A stretch of DNA of 13,213 bases from Cyanobacteria bacterium P01_D01_bin.156 (GTDB lineage: Bacteria; Cyanobacteriota; Cyanobacteriia; Phormidesmidales; Phormidesmidaceae), in assembly GCA_039024555.1 (NCBI GenBank), contig JBCCQQ010000102.1:1-13213 (forward strand), read 5' to 3'. The notes under the pieces are model-generated. The model was not told where the DNA came from. It did no database searches and saw only the letters and a program-made list of their open reading frames with translations. Positions 8,254 to 13,213 of the stretch are shown here, in pieces. Within the stretch, counting starts at the first letter, position 1; each line of letters begins with the position of its first letter. A program made the position numbers and the translations under genes.

Positions 8254-9254
8254 TCAAACTTTGAGTCGTGCTAGTGCGAATTTTCCCCGTTCCATCACTG
8301 ATGGATAGGAATCCTGCGACAGTAATTTAGCAATTGGTAACGCATCATCCTTTCCAATAACGTCTAGCTTAGCAATGAGCATATTACCGGCCACTCTTCG
8401 AACTGACGGAGAATTATCTCTAGTTGCTTCTTTGAGGATTTCTAAGAACGATCGATCTAACGTTATTGCCCTCTCACCAAGACCTGGCTCATGACGCCCT
8501 TCGCACCAACGAATATTTATCCATACCCATTTTCGATCCTCGAACCATACTATACGCTCTTCCAATTGACTAAGATATGCCTTAGCGCGAACCGCTGGTT
8601 GAACAGCTTCCTTGGAGATAGTTGGTAAAAATTTATCAAGCACGGGCTTTCGGCCTGCTTGTCCAAGAATTGAAGCCGCCGGACCCGCTGTCACATTAAT
8701 AAGTTTCGATGCCAGTCGTGACGGTACACCATCAATAGAAAGAAGACTTATCAGTACTTCTAGATCCTCGTTCTGTAAGCGTCCCCAAGTATGTAAGTGT
8801 GGCAAAATTGCCCAGAGTGTCTCTAGTATGTACTCAGGTTTAGTGTTAGCTGCTATATCTGCGGGACATGTTCACGAGCTGCGGCTCGCACCTGAGGAAC
8901 CCAATCGTTTAACCGTCGGAGAACCATAGCAAAAAGAAACCCATTCGGCGCACCTTCATGTAAAGAACGCAATGCCTTTTCACGTAGATACCCGTTGCCA
9001 TGACAATGATCTAACCAAGGAATTAGCAAACGATGTTCACGAAGCCTAAACAACTTAGATCTTGAGTGTGGTTCTAAATAAATTTCATAACGAAAGGTTC
9101 TTTCCCAATCCTCTAATTTGGTAACAGATAATAACGAGGTTACATTTATATATTCAGATACTGCTGAAGCTAGATCAAGATGTCCATTAGCAGCATGTGC
9201 AAGATTTCGTACTGCACCTAAAACCCTATCCCCGTCATCTTGTTGATGTGTCAT
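8254..9254 (-). pseudogene. Frameshifted cassette gene, HEAT/ARM-repeat-like hypothetical protein (about 332 aa if repaired)
   Basis: ORFs 8853-9254 and 8254-8805 join if 2 nt are removed from TATAT at 8854-8858, giving ...AAREHVPQIAANTKPEYILETLWAILPHLHTWG... HEAT-like motifs occur in both halves (NGYLREKAL, LNDWVPQVRAAA, TRDNSPSVRRVA, LSQDSYPSVMERG). Confidence 0.8.
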
Positions 9255-9342
9255 GCTCAGAGCGTGAGTATAGTGTTCTTTATGACAAATGTAAGAATTC
9301 CCTTAGATGATTCCAGTTCATAGGAAATAGGGTTATTGTGCG

Positions 9343-9427
9343 GCATAACGGGGAGCTGAGCGGCGGTCAGTATTGCTTGATTGCTGCCTGAATTTTCCAA
9401 TCCGTCCGCTCCTGCGTAAGGTTATGC
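9343..9427 (-). other. attC site (intact, 85 bp)
   Basis: Minus strand: R'' GCATAAC, CTTAC, L'' GCAGGAGC, GGACGG ... CCGCC, L' GCTCAGC, TCCCC, R' GTTATGC. R'' and R' are perfectly complementary. The extra bases lie in the L'' arm, including an extrahelical T on the bottom strand. It begins 30 bp after the vapC stop. Confidence 0.9.
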
Positions 9428-9457
9428 AGCATTTTGTCTGAAAATTCAATTACTCAA

Positions 9458-9871
9458 TTACTGGACTGGGATGATATCAAAAGTATCTTGATTACCAATG
9501 CGATAGAACAAAAAATCTGAATCAAGAGTGAGAATTTGCCGAGCACCTGTCTGCTCAGCTGCCAGAACTAATGATGCATCAGCTAAATCCATAGGCCGAT
9601 CCTGATACTTTTCCATCAGCTCAAATAAACGCTTGTAATCCCCTTCCTGAATTTCATAATTCACTAACAATTTGTCTAAAAGTAATTGCCCTAGCTGCTT
9701 TTGCATTTTCCATCCACCTCGATGGAGAGCTAGATACATGGCTTCGGTCAAGCAAGACCAAGTAGTTAGGAGAGGAGAGGCAAGCGTTATAACCGCATTG
9801 CGATAAGCTTTGTGTTGAGGTTGGGTGCGATCGACCAGGCAAAGTAAAACTCCCGCATCACAAAGAATCAA
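9458..9871 (-). CDS. vapC: PIN-domain ribonuclease toxin (VapC family)
   Basis: ILCDAG, TWSCLTEAMYL, YQDRPMDLADASLV and ILTLDSDF carry the acidic PIN residues. The TTG start overlaps the upstream TGA stop (TTGA), implying translational coupling. Confidence 0.92.
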   Translation of the reverse strand: MILCDAGVLLCLVDRTQPQHKAYRNAVITLASPLLTTWSCLTEAMYLALHRGGWKMQKQLGQLLLDKLLVNYEIQEGDYKRLFELMEKYQDRPMDLADASLVLAAEQTGARQILTLDSDFLFYRIGNQDTFDIIPVQ

Positions 9872-10128
9872 AGCTCTAGCCCCTGTTTACGATATTTAGA
9901 TAGTAGATGCTCCCGATAGTCATTAGGTGGTTCGGTAGTTTTACTTTGTAGATGATCAACTGCTGTGAACCATTGTGTCCATGTTTCAGTTACAGCAGCT
10001 TGATAACCGCCTGATTTGGCCCATGGCTGGCGTTTATAAGTTAAAAAATCGATAAAATCATTAACTTGCTGCAAGAGTGCATCTGGCAGGTGCTGCAGCT
10101 TGGCGATAGCAATTTCGCGAATCGTCAT
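9868..10128 (-). CDS. Putative antitoxin with a DUF2281-like N-terminus
   Basis: MTIREIAIAKLQHLPDALLQQVNDFIDFL resembles DUF2281 (LP-x4-EV-x-DF-x2-FL). It is 86 aa and immediately upstream of the PIN toxin. ATG 10128 is preferred over TTG 10155. Confidence 0.8.
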   Translation of the reverse strand: MTIREIAIAKLQHLPDALLQQVNDFIDFLTYKRQPWAKSGGYQAAVTETWTQWFTAVDHLQSKTTEPPNDYREHLLSKYRKQGLEL

Positions 10129-10165
10129 AATCCAAAAACTAAGGAATTTTAACAAGTATCTTCCA

Positions 10166-10202
10166 ATTATATTTCAAGTAATGAAAGGTTACCCATTACT
10201 TG
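10166..10202 (-). promoter_or_regulatory. Toxin-antitoxin promoter: -10 box plus inverted-repeat operator
   Basis: Perfect TATAAT on the minus strand (10171-10166), 37 bp upstream of ATG 10128. Just upstream is a perfect 9-bp inverted repeat, CAAGTAATG (10175-10183)-N10-CATTACTTG (10194-10202). Confidence 0.6.
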
Positions 10203-10228
10203 GGTTTGGTCAATTTTTTGAGTTAGCG

Positions 10229-10299
10229 GCACGATATATTCGTTACAATGCCATTTGCAAATATGCTCTGTGCTCAATGTATTAATTGTTTTGTTGTGT
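10229..10299 (-). other. Possible vestigial attC between cassette 1 and the TA module
   Basis: Minus strand: ACACAAC overlaps the TGA stop (R''-like) ... TTGTAAC, 6 bp, ATCGTGCCGC. The last is three transitions away from the GTTATGCCGC seen at the other junctions. The inner arms pair poorly. Confidence 0.35.
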
Positions 10300-10757
10300 C
10301 AAATGCCAAGGTGCAACAAAAAGTAGTTGTCATTAGACTCTTCAACTTGCTTGGCATACTTGCCAATCGTTTGGAGTTTATCAACAAGTTCATCACGTTG
10401 AAGAATAATCTTTTCGTAATTTCCGGTCTCTGATTTACCTTCAATCTCGGTCCAAGCTCCGGTGAGTGTAAGAGATGGGGTCCCGAGCAAAAACAGATTG
10501 GTCCATGCACTAAAGATTGCCGAGGCTTGTGCGGATCCTTTCATACGAATTACGGTTGGCCCATATAAACAAAGGCCAAAACCTTCTTGCTTTTTTGCAG
10601 GGTTATACGTTGGAATCCAGGTTAGCGAGTCACCTATGTATCGAACGACATCATCATGGATCTGCATAGCACGCGGATCATTGATTAGGCTATTGTAATC
10701 CGACTCAGAGTAGTCTTGGCGTGAAAGAAGTAAGAAGTCGTGGTTAAGACCAGCCAT
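10299..10757 (-). CDS. Hypothetical protein, first integron cassette (152 aa)
   Basis: Intact ORF starting 22 bp after the attI crossover (G|TTATGCCGCTACTTGAAGAACA ATG), the promoterless layout typical of cassettes. No catalytic motif recognised. Confidence 0.85.
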   Translation of the reverse strand: MAGLNHDFLLLSRQDYSESDYNSLINDPRAMQIHDDVVRYIGDSLTWIPTYNPAKKQEGFGLCLYGPTVIRMKGSAQASAIFSAWTNLFLLGTPSLTLTGAWTEIEGKSETGNYEKIILQRDELVDKLQTIGKYAKQVEESNDNYFLLHLGI

Positions 10758-10773
10758 TGTTCTTCAAGTAGCG

Positions 10774-10834
10774 GCATAACTATGCGTTATCCAGACAAAG
10801 TCTGGATAAATACCTTCAGTCGGAGTTATCCAGA
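10774..10834 (-). other. attI site with accessory integrase-binding-like repeats
   Basis: Minus strand: L box GGATAAC, 5-bp spacer GCATA, R box GTTATGC (10792-10774). This has the same 7-5-7 geometry as attI1. TTATCCAGA recurs at 10787, inverted at 10801 and direct at 10826. Confidence 0.8.
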
Positions 10835-10850
10835 AAGCTTTAACGTATCT

Positions 10851-10874
10851 TTAATAGTTCACTTGAACTATTAA
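10851..10874. promoter_or_regulatory. 24-bp palindrome upstream of intI, LexA-box-like operator
   Basis: TTAATAGTTCA-CT-TGAACTATTAA has perfect 11-bp arms. The core AGTTC-ACTT-GAACT differs from the cyanobacterial LexA consensus AGTAC-N4-GTACT by one base per half. Confidence 0.5.
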
Positions 10875-10922
10875 GTAATAATTGCTACATAGGAGTTTCG
10901 ATATTTTTACGTATCAATTGAT

Positions 10923-11889
10923 ATGTCATCTAAGCCAAGAACTTTACTGGAAGCCGTTCGTGATGCCATTCGCATAAAACATTACTCATATAGAACCGAA
11001 AAAAGTTACATCAATTGGATTAAGCGATACATTCAATTTCATAACTGGCAGCATCCTAGAAATATGGGAGGTCCAGAAATTGAAGCGTTTTTAACCCATT
11101 TAGCTGTTACCAAAAAGGTTGCTGCTTCTACCCAAAATCAAGCACTCTGCGCCTTACTGTTTCTGTACCGTACCGTTCTGCAGTTGGACTTAGACCTGAA
11201 TATAGATGCGGTTAGGGCTAAAACGTCCCCAACGTCTTCCTACGGTCCTATCAAAAGAGGAAGTAAGGGCCGTTATTCAGCAACTTTCGGGTGTCTATCG
11301 TCTGGTAATACAGCTTTTATACGGCTGTGGCTTTAGGTAGATTGAATGTCTACGACTCAGGCTCAAAGACATCCAATTTGCTCAACATCAAATAGTTGTT
11401 CGCGATACTAAAGGCATGAAAGATCGAGTCACTATGCTCCCTAATCTTTTAGTCATACCTCTAAAAGAACATTTGCAACATGTTAACCGGCTACACAAAC
11501 AAGATTTAGAGAGAGGGCAAGGGGCTGTTGATTTACCATTTGCCTTGACTAAGAAGTATCCCAATGCCTGTCGAGAATGGGGATGGCAATATGTGTTTCC
11601 CTCGGAAAGATTTTCTAAAAATCCTCGAACCAGTCAGTGGCAGCGCTATCATCTGCATGAAACAGGTTTACAAAAAGCTGTTAAACAGGCAGTACGCCAA
11701 GCGGGCATCCATCAAAAAGTTAGTTGTCATACGTTTCGCCATAGCTTTGCGACTCACTTGTTACAAAATGGCTATGATATTCGCACTATTCAAGAGTTGT
11801 TGGGCCATAAAGATGTTAAAACTACGATGATTTACACTCATGTACTAAATCGTGGTGGGCATGGAGTACGCAGCCCACTGGATTGTTAA
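10923..11889 (+). pseudogene. intI: Integron integrase IntI, inactivated (about 321 aa if repaired)
   Basis: N-terminal HYSYRTEKSYINWIKRYI...VAASTQNQALCALLFLY, the IntI-specific insertion ([27 protein letters not shown]), [19 protein letters not shown] and [16 protein letters not shown]. An extra A in AAAA (11220-11223) shifts the frame, and there is an in-frame TAG at 11338-11340. Confidence 0.95.
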
Positions 11890-11965
11890 TTAGCCATCAT
11901 CGGCAGGGGCAATATCTGTCATTTTGTGTTTCATTTGAACCATTACCCGAATCCATCTAATCGCT

Positions 11966-12649
11966 ATGACCGCCACTACGTCACTAAATGTCTTTGTTGC
12001 CGGAGCCAGTCGTGGTGTGGGCTTTGAAGTTGTGAAAGGATTAACTCAACAAGGCTATCAAGTTGTGGCCTTGTTGCGAACCGATGATATACGCTCTCAG
12101 CTCGAATCTCTGGGTGCAAGCGTCCAGGTAGGTGATGCGTTGGATGCTGACGTTGTGAAAGCAGCGGTGCAATGCTTTGCTTCTGAGCCATTTTCTGTGG
12201 TGACCACACTCGGGGGCAAAGGTTTTACCCGTGACCAACCCCGCGCTGACTATCTGGGTAACCGCAATCTTGTAGATGCAGTAAAATTACGGCCCTGTCA
12301 GCGATTTGTTTTGGTGTCTTCGATTGGGGTGAGAGAGAGTGCCGTTGCGCTCCCTGAGCAAGTGCTAGAAACACTGCGTCCCGCACTCCTTGCCAAAGCC
12401 AAGGCCGAAGAATACCTGATAGCGAGTGGTTTCTCCTTTACTATTGTGCGTCCTGGGGGTTTGCTATCCGAGCCCGCTACGGGTACGGGCGTTCTTGTGG
12501 CAGATGCGCGTGTTGCAGGTAGCATCACACGGATCGATGTCGCTGGTTTGGTAATTCAGTGTTTAGTATCGTCCAAAGCTGAAAACCAGGTGCTTTCGGC
12601 AGTTGATCGCACTTGCAATGAGCATCCTATCGCTCCATTTGTACTGTAA
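11966..12649 (+). CDS. Atypical SDR / NAD(P)H-binding oxidoreductase (NAD_binding_10; ChuY/flavin-reductase-like)
   Basis: VFVAGASRGVG Rossmann motif, GDALD, DYLGNRNLVDA, FVLVSSIG, KAKAEEYL, TIVRPGGL and ITRIDVA. Confidence 0.88.
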   Translation: MTATTSLNVFVAGASRGVGFEVVKGLTQQGYQVVALLRTDDIRSQLESLGASVQVGDALDADVVKAAVQCFASEPFSVVTTLGGKGFTRDQPRADYLGNRNLVDAVKLRPCQRFVLVSSIGVRESAVALPEQVLETLRPALLAKAKAEEYLIASGFSFTIVRPGGLLSEPATGTGVLVADARVAGSITRIDVAGLVIQCLVSSKAENQVLSAVDRTCNEHPIAPFVL

Positions 12650-12875
12650 AAAGCTTATTGGAAAAAATATTTCAAGACAGTCTTTTCCAAAAACTGGCTG
12701 GTTAATTGGTTAGCGAAGGAGAGGAGTACTGTACAAACTTAGCGACACCGAACCCAATGACTGGCAATATCACTACCCACCGGACAACCCAATGAAGTAA
12801 TGGCAATTTTGAACAAAAAGATTAGAGTCGAATAGGAATGAAGAGCTGTGCATCTGCCAAACAAGGGGGGTAGCC

Positions 12876-13213
12876 ATGGTCTTAGAAACACAGAATCTGC
12901 AGGGCGGCTACGGCGAGAAAACCATTGTCGAACAAGTTACCCTGGCCGTAGGAGAAGGAGAATGGCTGAGTATTTTGGGGGCCAATGGTTCTGGTAAGTC
13001 CACTCTGCTACGGCTGATGGGGCGTATTTTAGCCCCTCAGCAAGGTGTTGTTTCTTTGTCAGGAAAAGATATCCAGCAGCTATCGCCCACAGCTGTGGCC
13101 CGCAAGCTCGCGTTACTGCCCCAGCAACAGGTATTGCCAGCAGGTCTGAGTGTTTATCAGCTGGTTAGTTTGGGGCGGTCTCCTCACCAGCCATGGTGGC
13201 AGTGGGACCTGAC
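12876..13213 (+). CDS. Iron-complex/heme ABC transporter ATP-binding protein (FecE family), 3'-truncated by the window; absent from the ORF track
   Basis: ATG 12876 follows AAGGGGGG. MVLETQNLQGGYGEKTIVEQVTL...ILGANGSGKSTLLR (Walker A)...LALLPQQ (Q-loop)...LVSLGRSPHQPWWQWDL, open to the window end. Confidence 0.92.
   Translation, partial: MVLETQNLQGGYGEKTIVEQVTLAVGEGEWLSILGANGSGKSTLLRLMGRILAPQQGVVSLSGKDIQQLSPTAVARKLALLPQQQVLPAGLSVYQLVSLGRSPHQPWWQWDL

Larger units (their letters stand above)
7027..11889. mobile_element. Chromosomal integron: inactivated intI, attI and a minus-strand cassette array
   Basis: IntI-type integrase gene divergent from a run of co-oriented unrelated genes. An attI simple site lies just upstream of the first gene and attC sites separate the genes. 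The left boundary is uncertain (about 6800-8103). Confidence 0.9.

Noticed and set aside
10100..10698. Small plus-strand ORFs and the 78-aa minus-strand ORF overlapping the cassettes
   Set aside because: Antisense or alternative-frame shadows of better supported genes.
10786..10834. TTATCCAGA repeats as a CRISPR array or DnaA boxes
   Set aside because: Too short and irregular for CRISPR. They differ from the DnaA box TTATCCACA by one base, but overlap with the attI L box explains them better. DnaA binding is not formally excluded.
10835..11000. Cassette promoter Pc
   Set aside because: No convincing -35/-10 pair with correct spacing was found on the minus strand.
10923..11336. 137-aa and 157-aa ORFs treated as two separate integrase genes, or as a programmed frameshift
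   Set aside because: They are halves of one intI. The additional in-frame TAG at 11338 means frameshifting alone would not give a full protein.
12656..12690. Fur-like tract and TTGGAAAA/TTTTCCAA inverted repeat upstream of the second ATPase
   Set aside because: Only about 10 of 14 positions match in AT-rich DNA, which is not distinguishable from chance by eye.

Overview
Cyanobacterial chromosomal DNA (three HIP1 octamers GCGATCGC, cyanobacterial-type iron genes). The left part is a heme/iron uptake locus: 3' end of an ABC ATPase, a TonB-dependent heme-type receptor, exbD-exbB divergent from tonB, and a periplasmic binding lipoprotein. The right end holds an atypical SDR (ChuY/flavin-reductase-like) and the 5' part of a second ABC ATPase. 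Between them (about 6800-11889) lies an integron that the ORF track hides. It has an intI integrase broken by a +1 frameshift and an in-frame TAG, a clear attI simple site (10774-10792) with accessory repeats, and a LexA-box-like palindrome. A minus-strand cassette array follows: a hypothetical gene, a DUF2281/VapC toxin-antitoxin pair, a frameshifted HEAT-like gene and a DMT transporter. The array contains one intact attC (9343-9427) and one to three decayed attC sites. All calls come from reading the sequence; no database search was run.
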